From: a virus
Direction: 5' to 3' (one strand)
IMG/VR virus record: IMGVR_UViG_3300042429_001107
Length of the DNA stretch: 64,000 nt
A program made the translations under genes and the position numbers. Below the pieces are notes generated by a model. It did not search any database. It was not told the origin of the DNA and was given only the letters and a program-made list of their open reading frames with translations. Shown here one piece after another: positions 31,413-41,316 of this stretch (its first letter is position 1; each line of letters begins with the position of its first letter).

Positions 31413-32336
31413 ATGGTATACAAAAATAATATGGGATATTGTTGTATATGCCTTTCTTTAGATAAGGAAGGTGTTACTACAAATAGAGGAATGGTTAAAA
31501 AAACATTTCTTAGAGAAGGATTAAAGTATGTTTCTGAGCTAGCTTTAAAAAACACTAGCGATTTAATTCGTATAATCAAATTCAATTCTGATAATTCAAT
31601 AAAAATGTATAGAATAAGTTCTGATATGTTTCCTTGGATGTCTGAATATGAAATAGACGATCTTCCTGATATAAAAGAGATATTAAATAACCTAGAGGAA
31701 GCTGGTAGAATAGCAAAAGAAGCTGGACAAAGACTTAGCTTCCATCCATCACATTTTTGTGTGATTGCTTCACTAAATCCTGAGGTTGTTACAAAATCTG
31801 TAAAAGAGCTTAGACAGCATGCAGAAATTATGGACAAAATGGGATTAGAAAGAAGCTATAAATATCCTATAAATATACACATCAATACAACTAAGCCATC
31901 CAAAGAAGAATCTGCTGAAAGATTCATAAAAGAATATAATAAATTACCAGATACTGTTAAATCTAGATTAGTACTCGAGAATGATGACAAAAAAAGTCAA
32001 TTCACACCAACGGATCTTTACACCTTGATATATAAAAGAATAGGAGTACCTATTACTTATGATTATTTACATCATAAATGTAATCCGGACGAATTATCTG
32101 AAATGGAAGCTTTGGAACTTTGTATATCTACTTGGCCAGAAAATATACCAGCTCTAACTCACTTTTCGGATTCGAGAAAGCTTTTTGAAGATTCTAGTGT
32201 TAAAGATGTAGCACACTCCGATTGGATATGGAGTAAAATAGAAACTTATGGGAAAGTTTTTGATATAGAATTAGAAGTAAAGATGAAAGATCTTGCTCTA
32301 TTAAAATATTTAGATAAATGGAAGAATCAGATTTAA
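31413..32336 (+). CDS. uvsE: UV damage endonuclease
   Basis: GYCCI, YRISS, RLSFHPSHF, LENDD, DYLHH, THFS, AHSD, EVKMKD. Confidence 0.9.
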   Translation: MVYKNNMGYCCICLSLDKEGVTTNRGMVKKTFLREGLKYVSELALKNTSDLIRIIKFNSDNSIKMYRISSDMFPWMSEYEIDDLPDIKEILNNLEEAGRIAKEAGQRLSFHPSHFCVIASLNPEVVTKSVKELRQHAEIMDKMGLERSYKYPINIHINTTKPSKEESAERFIKEYNKLPDTVKSRLVLENDDKKSQFTPTDLYTLIYKRIGVPITYDYLHHKCNPDELSEMEALELCISTWPENIPALTHFSDSRKLFEDSSVKDVAHSDWIWSKIETYGKVFDIELEVKMKDLALLKYLDKWKNQI

Positions 32337-32524
32337 CAAACAAAAAATGGATCCCAGAGAATGAGCTTTATTTATTAAGTGTATCTGAAGGGATAATAGA
32401 AAATTATCCTAATATAGATCTTGAAAAAGAACTGAATGATGCAGGATACATTATTGAAGATTTAATACAGCCAGATAGAATTAAAATCTTCATGGAAAGA
32501 CTCCAGGAAAAATATCCAGATTAA
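32318..32524 (+). CDS. Small hypothetical protein
   Basis: 68 aa ORF overlapping the end of uvsE. Confidence 0.45.
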   Translation: MEESDLTNKKWIPENELYLLSVSEGIIENYPNIDLEKELNDAGYIIEDLIQPDRIKIFMERLQEKYPD

Positions 32525-32555
32525 TGGTATTTATTATTGGGATTAAAAAATAGAG

Positions 32556-33614
32556 ATGGAGAATTATTACAATATATTAGGTGTACAAGAAAATTCTGAT
32601 CAGAACTCGATAAAAAAAGCTTATCGTGAGATGGCTAAAAAATATCACCCGGATAAAAACAAAGAACCCAACGCTGAAGAAAAATTTAAAAAAATAACCG
32701 AGGCATACGAAAATATTGGTGATCCAGCTAAAAGACAGGAATACGATAGGAAAAGAAGCTTTCAGAATCCTTTCTCTAGCGGATTTGATGATTTTAGTAG
32801 ATTTAACACCAATTGGAATCACACAGATCCTTTTGCTGACCATTATTCTCATGGTAGGGGATTTACACCGGAAGCTCCTAAAGGTACTTCATTAAATATA
32901 ACACTTAAATTAGATTTACAAGATATACTTAAAGGTGTTGATAAGAGGATAAAAATCAAGAGAGATAAAAAATGTAATCCCTGTTCAGGAACTGGTTCGG
33001 AAAATGGTGCTTCTTTCCAGACATGTGGTACATGTAAAGGATCGGGATTTATAACAGTAAATAGAATAAATGGATTTGTTCAGATGAATTCAGTTAGCAC
33101 TTGCGGTTCATGTGGAGGTGTAGGTAAGGTAGTACTTGAAGTTTGTTTATATTGTTTAGGTAATGGACTAAAATCAGAGGAAGATATTATAGATGTCAAC
33201 ATACCTGCTGGAGCATCAGATGGTATGCAATTTGTTGTTTCTGGTAAAGGTAACGAGGGTAAAGGTAACGGTAAAAGCGGGGATCTTTATGTTAAGATTA
33301 AAGAAATACCTAATACTGAATTTATTAGAAAAGGAGTTGATCTTATCACTAGTAAACAAATAACTTTTATAGAAGCAATATTAGGAACTAATATAGATGT
33401 GGAAATGCCTGATGGAGAGAGTGTTAAAACAGTAGTATCTCCAGGAACTGTACCTGGTACAGTTCTAAGTTTTGCTCAGAAAGGAATTCCTGTTTTAGGA
33501 TATGGTGGTATTGGTAATTTTCTTGTTGAATTAAATATAAAAATCCCAGAAAATCTTACGGACGATCAGAAAAAATTCTTAGAAGAATTAAGACAAAACG
33601 AAATATTTAATTGA
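32556..33614 (+). CDS. dnaJ: DnaJ chaperone
   Basis: J-domain with HPD, four CxxCxGxG repeats, C-terminal domain with GDLYV. Confidence 0.95.
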   Translation: MENYYNILGVQENSDQNSIKKAYREMAKKYHPDKNKEPNAEEKFKKITEAYENIGDPAKRQEYDRKRSFQNPFSSGFDDFSRFNTNWNHTDPFADHYSHGRGFTPEAPKGTSLNITLKLDLQDILKGVDKRIKIKRDKKCNPCSGTGSENGASFQTCGTCKGSGFITVNRINGFVQMNSVSTCGSCGGVGKVVLEVCLYCLGNGLKSEEDIIDVNIPAGASDGMQFVVSGKGNEGKGNGKSGDLYVKIKEIPNTEFIRKGVDLITSKQITFIEAILGTNIDVEMPDGESVKTVVSPGTVPGTVLSFAQKGIPVLGYGGIGNFLVELNIKIPENLTDDQKKFLEELRQNEIFN

Positions 33615-33937
33615 TTATGACTTTTATATTTTATATACTTGGTGTTTGGGGACTTACACATATTCTAGTAGCTTCTAAAATTCTTGAGGGATTTAGAAAT
33701 TGGTTATTAATAAACTCCCCTTTCTTTGGCGATATGCTTAATTGCTATCAATGTACTTCATTCTGGGCATCAATGATTTTATACTTCTTTTTTGATAATT
33801 TAAGGCTAGAAACTATAGATTTTATTATAAAAGGTTATAGAATAAGCCCCGATTTTTTATTGTATTCTTTTATTGGGTCTGGTATAGTTTCTTTTATTGC
33901 TGTCATATTATCTCTATTGATAAAAAGATCCAAATAA
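33611..33937 (+). CDS. Membrane protein, DUF1360-like
   Basis: Hydrophobic helices and LNCYQCTSFW. Confidence 0.55.
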   Translation: MIMTFIFYILGVWGLTHILVASKILEGFRNWLLINSPFFGDMLNCYQCTSFWASMILYFFFDNLRLETIDFIIKGYRISPDFLLYSFIGSGIVSFIAVILSLLIKRSK

Positions 33938-33952
33938 TTGGATATATAGATT

Positions 33953-35446
33953 ATGGACAAAAAATTATTTACGTTTAAACAATTTATAAACGAGCAAGAC
34001 GATGCAATACCATCGAGTGCAACTGGATCACCAGATACAGGAAAACCTGAGACTGAAAGAGAAGCAAAATCCAGAATTGCAACGGGTATAATCAAAGGTC
34101 TATTTGGTGAAAATGTTGGACTTACTGGAGGTGTGGATTCTTTTATAGACCAAACCAAGGAAGTTAAAGAATCTTTACCGTATAGAGGATGTGGTGCTAG
34201 CGAGCCTTATAAATTAGAGAAAAATCCTCTTTCTGTAATGACTATTAAAATACTTCTTAATTATCTTCAGGAAAAAAAAGTGGGAGATTATAGTAGAATT
34301 ATAACAGAATTGAATGAGAAAAGAGCAGTAATAATAGGAATAAGAAATAAGCTTGAAATAAAGAAGGAGACATCAAATCAGGATAGATTCACGGATGCTC
34401 TTTATTTTATTCCTGGTAATGCTAAAGATGGATCTGATGTTGTGAGTGCCACTGGACCTACCGGACCTACTGGATCTACTGGACCTGCACCAGTTAAAGA
34501 AACACCTGTTAAAGATAAATCTGTATTTGATAGAATAAAGGACAAAAAGAATGAATCTATGGAAGATAGATTAAATTCTATTAACTACGTGATTGAATCT
34601 GGTGTTTTTACTTTCGAAGAATATTATTCATTGAACGAAGAAAAGAATCAAATATTATCAATTCTAAACGAGGACGATGACGACAATCCAAGTAGTTGGT
34701 TTGCCCCTGGTGCTTTTAAAAGAAGAATTGAAAAGGCTAAAAAAGATGCAGAGGATGCTAAAAACAAAAATAATCCTACGGGACCAATTGTACCAACTGG
34801 ACCAACTGGACCAACTGGACCAATACCACCAGCAAGTCTTGGAGATAAAATAACTCCATATCAAATAACAACTGTACCTAGTTTAGCATACTACGGAAAG
34901 AAACCAATGAATCCTAAAGGTGTTGGTGTTAAACTTCCAGGAGATACCCTATACATTCTTAAAGAAAGCTCCTTAGGTAGTGGCAATAAATATAAAATGA
35001 TGGTAGAGGGTGAACCAATTAAAGTTGGAAGATACCCTATCGGAGTAACTAAATTTGAAAGTTACAAACCAGCTGAGGTTTACACTGAATCTTGTGGAAT
35101 GCAAATACACAGGTCGTCTACGAAAGGTGTTGGTATTTGTGTGGGACCTTGGTCAGCAGGATGTCAAGTATTTGCTGACAATCAAGAATGGCAGGATTTC
35201 ATATCTAAAGCTGAGAAAGAACAGATGAATGCTACTAAATTTTATTACGCATTAATACAATTAGATGATATTCCAAAAGAGGTTATGGACGATGCAATGA
35301 AAGGCCTTGTTTATCAAGGATCTGTAGATCTTGCTTCAACAAACCCTACTGGAAGTACTGGAAGTACTGGAACTACCGGATCTACGGGAACTACAGGAGC
35401 TAATAAAAAAGCAAGAGTACTTACTAACTTCGATAATATCTCTTAA
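33953..35446 (+). CDS. Leader-bearing protein with putative L,D-transpeptidase-like (YkuD-like) catalytic motif
   Basis: MDKKLFTFKQFINE; IIGIRN...DRFTD, ITTVPS, GMQIH...WSAGCQV (H...SxGC); GPT linkers; GATATATA at 33941. Confidence 0.5.
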   Translation: MDKKLFTFKQFINEQDDAIPSSATGSPDTGKPETEREAKSRIATGIIKGLFGENVGLTGGVDSFIDQTKEVKESLPYRGCGASEPYKLEKNPLSVMTIKILLNYLQEKKVGDYSRIITELNEKRAVIIGIRNKLEIKKETSNQDRFTDALYFIPGNAKDGSDVVSATGPTGPTGSTGPAPVKETPVKDKSVFDRIKDKKNESMEDRLNSINYVIESGVFTFEEYYSLNEEKNQILSILNEDDDDNPSSWFAPGAFKRRIEKAKKDAEDAKNKNNPTGPIVPTGPTGPTGPIPPASLGDKITPYQITTVPSLAYYGKKPMNPKGVGVKLPGDTLYILKESSLGSGNKYKMMVEGEPIKVGRYPIGVTKFESYKPAEVYTESCGMQIHRSSTKGVGICVGPWSAGCQVFADNQEWQDFISKAEKEQMNATKFYYALIQLDDIPKEVMDDAMKGLVYQGSVDLASTNPTGSTGSTGTTGSTGTTGANKKARVLTNFDNIS

Positions 35447-35495
35447 TAGAAACTTTATTCTATTCCACTGATAAAATAATAAAATAATTTATTTA

Positions 35496-36905
35496 GTGGA
35501 GAATAGAATAACGATCTCGGATCAAATCAATGTTGACTATAGAAAGTATGCCTTGTATGTTATACAGAGTAGAGGTATACCTAATTTTTATGATGCTTTA
35601 ACTCCTGTTCAGAGACTAATTCTACAGAATTCTCCCAGTATTTTTAAGAAGACTGTTGGTGTAATTGGTGAGGTTTTTAGTACTGGCCTTTATCATCATG
35701 GGGATTCTTCAATGGCTCAGGCCATATCAAAATTAGCTAGACCATTTTCGTGTGCAGAACAGATACTATTAGGTGATGGATTCTTCGGAACCCCTGTTAA
35801 TCCTTCACCATCTGCTCCAAGATATACGCAAGTAAAAATTTCTAGTAAGTACAAAGAAATAATTGAAAAGTATAAAGATCTAAATGTACCTAATGAAGAA
35901 GGCGGGTATGATTGGATACATGTTGATTACCCTATTGGTTTATCAACTCACATTGTAGGTATTGCAGTAGGATATAAATCTAATATATTACCAAGAAAAC
36001 CTGATGATGTTGTTGCATATTTAGAAGGCAACAGAACAAAGAAGCTAAAGCCTTATTTTAAAGGATTTAAAGGAAATGTATCTAAAATGGATGGACTTAA
36101 ATCCTCATGGCTTATTGAAGGAGACGTTGAGATCGACTTAGCTACAAGGACTTTTAAAATCAATTCAATATCTCCATTACAAAGATATGAATCATTTTTT
36201 ATAAGACTCAATTCTTTATTAGAAAGAAAAGGCCTAAATTATAAAATGGATAATTTTTCCACTGATAATGTTAAGATAAGTATCAAATTCAGATGTACAG
36301 ATCAGGAATTTAAAGATATGTCAGTCCTTTTAGCAAAAGAAACTAAGCAAATTGTCACAGAAAATATTGTATTTGTTAGAGATGGAAATGTTTTAGAGTA
36401 TGATTTTATAGAGGATTACTTAGATGAATTTATTTTACAGAAAGAAAAAACAATACTTAAAAGATATGAAAGAGATCTTGTGTATCTTAATGATGAACTA
36501 GAATATCTTGAAGCAAAATTAAAATTCCTATTGTTCATGTCTGATAAGAAAAGGGCATCTGACGAAGTTATGGGATTTTTATCTAAGTATAGAAGAGAAA
36601 TATCAAGGAGATTAGAATCAATATCATTGATTAAATTGAATAAGGAGGAAATTATTAAGACTTCTGTGGAAATTAATTCAATAAAGGATGATATAAAGAA
36701 TAAGAATCAAGAGATTAAAGATCAGAAAATTAAACTTAAATTAGCTGAAAAATTAAATTCGACTTTATCTAAAAAGAGTTCTAAAGCAACTTCATTACTA
36801 GGAGAAGTTAAGGAGGAATTTCACGAAGGTATAAGATTTTTTGATCCTGAAGATGATATAGAAGAACAAGAAGAAGAAACAAAATTAAATATAGAAAATG
36901 ACTAA
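35496..36905 (+). CDS. Type IIA topoisomerase breakage-reunion subunit (gp52/GyrA-like)
   Basis: RGIPNFYDALTPVQR, YHHGDSS, GDGFFG, SAPRYT (catalytic Tyr). Confidence 0.9.
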   Translation: MENRITISDQINVDYRKYALYVIQSRGIPNFYDALTPVQRLILQNSPSIFKKTVGVIGEVFSTGLYHHGDSSMAQAISKLARPFSCAEQILLGDGFFGTPVNPSPSAPRYTQVKISSKYKEIIEKYKDLNVPNEEGGYDWIHVDYPIGLSTHIVGIAVGYKSNILPRKPDDVVAYLEGNRTKKLKPYFKGFKGNVSKMDGLKSSWLIEGDVEIDLATRTFKINSISPLQRYESFFIRLNSLLERKGLNYKMDNFSTDNVKISIKFRCTDQEFKDMSVLLAKETKQIVTENIVFVRDGNVLEYDFIEDYLDEFILQKEKTILKRYERDLVYLNDELEYLEAKLKFLLFMSDKKRASDEVMGFLSKYRREISRRLESISLIKLNKEEIIKTSVEINSIKDDIKNKNQEIKDQKIKLKLAEKLNSTLSKKSSKATSLLGEVKEEFHEGIRFFDPEDDIEEQEEETKLNIEND

Positions 36906-37665
36906 GAAAAATCAAATTTGGAATTTTAGAATCTCTAACCCTAATAATTTTATTGCTTTCCTTAAGAAGCTAAAACTTGTAGACAAGAGTGTACCTTTAG
37001 AAATTGAGGGAAGTAATTTATTTGCAAAAGTTAGAACACCTGATAAATCAGTAATTAAATTTGTAAGTGTAGATGTTAACGATATTCTTGAAGGCGATTT
37101 TCCTTCCACAAGATTAAAGATCGGAATTCTGGAAATAGGTAAATTGATTGATGTTTTTAAATACTTTGGACCAGAGGAAGAACTAAATCTTATAATAGAT
37201 TCACAAGAATATGAAGGCGGATTAATAGCTACTGGTCTTAAATTCTCGTCTTCTTCATTAAACATTTTTATTAAATGTGCAGATATTAGTTTACTTGCAT
37301 ATATTGATGATAATATACAAAGACAGATTCATTCCACCGAAGGATCGGAAGTTAATTTTGAAATCACAAGAGAGAACTTCCAAAAGGTAGCTTCTTTAAC
37401 TGGAATAGAAACGAACTCTGAAGAACTTCTTAATTTTGATATTGAAGAAAATGGGGTTATCATTAGAGGAAATTCATTCCAATATAATTTAATTAAAGGT
37501 AGAACTGCAAACGGATTTGAAAGTCCTAGCGTATATACAATCTATAAAAATCAATTCTCTTATATCGACCAAGAAGCATCAGAGATTCACTTTCACGAAA
37601 ATAGAATCTTAGTAAAGTCAATTGAGTCAGATTCAATAATTGCAATAGGTTTAGTAGAGGTATAA
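36898..37665 (+). CDS. Sliding clamp (gp45/PCNA-like)
   Basis: 255 aa alternating alpha/beta two-domain pattern, directly upstream of the PolB C-terminal subunit. Confidence 0.55.
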   Translation: MTKKNQIWNFRISNPNNFIAFLKKLKLVDKSVPLEIEGSNLFAKVRTPDKSVIKFVSVDVNDILEGDFPSTRLKIGILEIGKLIDVFKYFGPEEELNLIIDSQEYEGGLIATGLKFSSSSLNIFIKCADISLLAYIDDNIQRQIHSTEGSEVNFEITRENFQKVASLTGIETNSEELLNFDIEENGVIIRGNSFQYNLIKGRTANGFESPSVYTIYKNQFSYIDQEASEIHFHENRILVKSIESDSIIAIGLVEV

Positions 37666-37666
37666 T

Positions 37667-38842
37667 ATGGAAGAAATAGATTACATGTCAATGAGCTTAG
37701 AAGAGCTCAATCAAAAACTTTCGGAGTATCAAAAAAAATCTTCGGATTTCTATAATACTGAACAAGGTATTAAGCTAACACTTAACAGTATATACGGAGC
37801 GACTGGGAATCAGTATTTTGCTTTGTTCAATACAGATGTTGCAGAGAGTGTTACATTACAAGGCCAGGACATTTGGAAATTTGCTGAGAAGATAATAAAC
37901 AGGTATTTCAATGATATGTGGCATCTTGATACGGAGCTTCACGAAAAAATGGGAGTTCGTAATGTCAGAAAAATAACATTAGACTTTATTATATACGGAG
38001 ATACAGATTCCAATTATATCAATCTAGGAGCTGTTATGGATTCTTGTGAATTTGATTCAGATCTAGAACCATTTGAATTTGTAAAAAGACTTAATGAATT
38101 TAGACTTAAAGAATACATTAAGAAATGCTATGACATCTATTCTGAAAAATGGGGCACAGATAACTATCAGGATTTTGAGCTAGAGAGTTTATCATATGCT
38201 GGTATATTCTTGGGTAAAAAGAAATATGTATTACATATAGCTTGGCAGGATCCTAATAAGGATTTATTTCCTAGGCTTTCTAAAGTTAAATCGACTGGTA
38301 TCGAATTAGCTCAAGGTGGTACTGCTCCTTTCGCTAGAGAGAAACTTACGTTCTTATTACAGCATATTTTCGAGAAAGGTAAAGCTTTTGATATTAGAGA
38401 ATTTGTAAAGATCCTTAAGAATATAAAATCGGAATTTAAGGTACAAAGCCCAGATCAAATATCTGTAGGAACTTCTGTTAATAATATAGAGAAATTCATT
38501 GTAAACGACACAACAAAATTCGAAGTTGCAAAAGGATGTCCAATGCACGTAAGAGCAGCAGGATATCACAACTATCTTCTTAATAATTCCAAGCATAAAG
38601 TTAAATACAGCTTAATCAGATCATCTGAGAAGATTAAGTACTATTATGTTAAGGTAAACAACGAGAGAGAGAATAATGTATTTGGATATCTTAACGGAGC
38701 TTATCCCTATGAGCTAGCTCCCCCCGTAGATTTTGACGAACAATTCAATCGAGTAATTTTAGATCCAATAAATAGATTCATTGAAGCTATGGGATACTCT
38801 CCTTTATCACCCAACCTACTTCTTGTAAGAGCTTTGTTTTAA
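37667..38842 (+). CDS. Family B DNA polymerase, C-terminal subunit (motifs B and C, thumb; gp43B-like)
   Basis: QGIKLTLNSIYG (motif B), YGDTDS (motif C), KKKY, KSTGIE, CPMHVRAA. Confidence 0.9.
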   Translation: MEEIDYMSMSLEELNQKLSEYQKKSSDFYNTEQGIKLTLNSIYGATGNQYFALFNTDVAESVTLQGQDIWKFAEKIINRYFNDMWHLDTELHEKMGVRNVRKITLDFIIYGDTDSNYINLGAVMDSCEFDSDLEPFEFVKRLNEFRLKEYIKKCYDIYSEKWGTDNYQDFELESLSYAGIFLGKKKYVLHIAWQDPNKDLFPRLSKVKSTGIELAQGGTAPFAREKLTFLLQHIFEKGKAFDIREFVKILKNIKSEFKVQSPDQISVGTSVNNIEKFIVNDTTKFEVAKGCPMHVRAAGYHNYLLNNSKHKVKYSLIRSSEKIKYYYVKVNNERENNVFGYLNGAYPYELAPPVDFDEQFNRVILDPINRFIEAMGYSPLSPNLLLVRALF

Positions 38843-38882
38843 TTTATTTTTTTGGATATATAAAAGGATCTAAAAAAATTAA

Positions 38883-40382
38883 ATGAAAAATAGTAGAATA
38901 AAAAACTTCAATGATTTTGTTAATGAATCTTACAATCCGGAGCTTAACGAAGGTTTCTTTTCCAGTATAGCTAATCTTATAAAAAAAGTTGGTGGCTGGG
39001 CAGGAGAAATGATCAAAGCAATAGGACAGGGTTTAATTAAACCAATACCTTCTGGACCAATGAAAGGTATGCCTGTAGCAATGTTATTCTTACCTGAAAA
39101 TGGGCCTATCTATCAGCAAATGTTGAAATATCAGCAAGGGATTAATCCTATAATGGAAGCAAGAATACCTTTAGAATACACAGGTGAAGACCAGAGTGTT
39201 AGAAACATTTCAGCTGAGCAATTAAAGAATGACGTAGTTAAATTATATAGGAGTAAAGACAGAGGGGGAAGAGCTAAACCCATCTTTATTTATGGAGCAC
39301 CTGGTATTGGTAAGACTGAAATAGTCGGACAAGCAGCAGATGAGCTTGGTGTACCTGTTATGAAGTTGGATCTTCAATTTATGAATCCGGAAGATTTCTT
39401 AGGAATACCTAGTAGACATGATATAACTCCTGTTGAGGTCGAAGACGGTAAAGTTACTAATTTTGGTAAAGGATTCACTAGAGCAAATCCCCCTGCATTA
39501 TTACCACCAGATAATGGTAAAGATAATAGAGGTGGTATCATATTTATGGATGAGATGAACAGAGCTAATAAAGCAGTTCTAAACTCTATCATGCAATTCG
39601 TACAAAAAGGAGAAGTTGGGCCTTACAAATTACCAGACAAATGGGTTATTGTTGCAGCGGGTAACAGACCAGAAGAAGCGGAAGGCGTAGCAGATTTTGA
39701 CTTTGCACTTGCTGACCGTTTCACTATTAAGAACTATGTTCCTACAATTGAAGGATATGCTTCATGGGCAGATAAGAACGAAAAAATTCTGCCTGAACTT
39801 GTAACATTCTTAACATTTAATCAGGAGTATTTCCACAATTTAGATGCTGATAAAAAATCATTAAACTACCCAACACCTAGATCCTGGACAGATGGAGCTT
39901 TAATTCTTCATGATGAGATAACAGATCAAAGAGTTAATACTTGGAGAGATATACCTAGAGAAGAAATTCTTAACATTTTCTATGATCAAGTTGGGCCTCA
40001 AGCAGCTGGTAAATTTGTTGCTTATCTTGATATACTTAGAAAAGTTAGTGATACAGAGATGGATAATATGATTAACAATCCTGCATCTGCTAAGATGGTT
40101 GCTGAAGCACAAGCACCAGGAGGTAAAAGTATCCTTTATGGGCTTATTGAAATGGTGATGAAAAGAGTAGATTCTTATTCTCCGCAAAGTCTTTATAATG
40201 TAATGGAGTACTTTAATAGATATAACGAATTAGAACCTCTTAGCTGGCTGTATAAAGATATTCTAGTAAGATACCCAGATTTTAGATTTGGAGGTTCATC
40301 ATCTACACCAGAAGATGAATTAAAACACAAAGCAGCTTTACTAGTAACTGGAGGAGCTAAAAGTAAAGGACTTCAACAATGA
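38883..40382 (+). CDS. MoxR-type AAA+ ATPase, module 2
   Basis: GAPGIGKT, FMDEMNR, VAAGNR, ALADRF, PTPRSW; leader IKNFNDFVNES; GATATATA at 38855. Confidence 0.85.
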   Translation: MKNSRIKNFNDFVNESYNPELNEGFFSSIANLIKKVGGWAGEMIKAIGQGLIKPIPSGPMKGMPVAMLFLPENGPIYQQMLKYQQGINPIMEARIPLEYTGEDQSVRNISAEQLKNDVVKLYRSKDRGGRAKPIFIYGAPGIGKTEIVGQAADELGVPVMKLDLQFMNPEDFLGIPSRHDITPVEVEDGKVTNFGKGFTRANPPALLPPDNGKDNRGGIIFMDEMNRANKAVLNSIMQFVQKGEVGPYKLPDKWVIVAAGNRPEEAEGVADFDFALADRFTIKNYVPTIEGYASWADKNEKILPELVTFLTFNQEYFHNLDADKKSLNYPTPRSWTDGALILHDEITDQRVNTWRDIPREEILNIFYDQVGPQAAGKFVAYLDILRKVSDTEMDNMINNPASAKMVAEAQAPGGKSILYGLIEMVMKRVDSYSPQSLYNVMEYFNRYNELEPLSWLYKDILVRYPDFRFGGSSSTPEDELKHKAALLVTGGAKSKGLQQ

Positions 40383-41311
40383 TAAGAAAATTAAACGAGA
40401 ATAAATATAAAACTGGCAAGATAATTACTAGTTTTTCTAATTATGTAAGGTTTATAAATGAATCCTATTCTTTTGATCCTGAAGAGGTTAATAGGAAAAT
40501 TAAAAGAGTAATTCTATGGATAAACATCAATCAAGGATTCTACGGTGAATTACTAAGCCACGTAAATATATTCGGATCATCTAATATTGATCCTAAGACT
40601 ATGTGCACAAACGGTAGGGATATTATATTCCATCCCGAATTTGTAATGAATCAGACAGAAGCAGCATTAAGGTTTGTTCTATGTCACGAAATTCTTCATT
40701 GTATAGGAGATCATGGTAAAAGAAGAGAAAATAGGAATCCCCAAGGATGGAATATAGCTTGCGATTATGCTATAAATCCTCTACTCCAGGGAGAGACAGG
40801 ATTCGAATGGCCAGTATCAGAGGACGGATCTAGAGCAGGTTTATATGATGCTAGATTTGAAGGAATGAGAGCGGAAGATATTTATCAACAATTAGAAGAT
40901 GAAGGTGCTCTTAATAAACTTATTAATGATCCTAATGTTAAAAAACAAACAGATACTGGTAGGGTAGAAGACGAGGATAAAGAACAACCAGAGCCTGACT
41001 CTGATCTGGTTATACAAGAAGGTGATTTCCCTCAAGAGGATGAACCTGGAGATGAGCCTGGTGATGAGCCCGGAGATGAACCTGGTGATGAACCTGGAGA
41101 ACCTGGTGACGAGCCTGGAGAACCTGGTGACGAGCCTGGAGAACCTGGTGATGAGCCTGGAGAACCTGGTGATGAGCCTGGAGAACCTGGTGATGAGCCT
41201 GGAGATAATAAAAAACAATTACCTAGAGTTGGACAGAAAGTTATAACAAAAGAAGGAAAAGAAGGAACTATAACCAAAGTTTATCCTAATGGGGATATAG
41301 AAATTAGTTAA
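40379..41311 (+). CDS. HExxH metallopeptidase-like protein (DUF2201 N-terminal-like), module 2
   Basis: FYGELL, TMCTNG, CHEILH, WNIACDYAIN. Confidence 0.8.
   Translation: MIRKLNENKYKTGKIITSFSNYVRFINESYSFDPEEVNRKIKRVILWININQGFYGELLSHVNIFGSSNIDPKTMCTNGRDIIFHPEFVMNQTEAALRFVLCHEILHCIGDHGKRRENRNPQGWNIACDYAINPLLQGETGFEWPVSEDGSRAGLYDARFEGMRAEDIYQQLEDEGALNKLINDPNVKKQTDTGRVEDEDKEQPEPDSDLVIQEGDFPQEDEPGDEPGDEPGDEPGDEPGEPGDEPGEPGDEPGEPGDEPGEPGDEPGEPGDEPGDNKKQLPRVGQKVITKEGKEGTITKVYPNGDIEIS
41039..41203 (+). repeat. DEPG / GDEPGEP tandem repeats (12- and 21-bp units) in the peptidase linker
   Basis: GATGAGCCTGGA and GGTGAYGAGCCTGGAGAACCT repeats. Confidence 0.9.
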
Positions 41312-41316
41312 ATTAT

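Noticed and set aside
31385-31837. Antisense ORFs in the track (also 6168-6488, 36912-37265, 54815-55003, 57778-58152, 60279-60683 and others)
   Set aside because: They lie opposite well-supported genes, have no recognisable motifs and have no upstream promoter motif.
40892-41277. Overlapping ORFs made of SPG/SLENLV/TRFSRL repeats
   Set aside because: Alternative-frame or antisense readings of the DEPG repeat.
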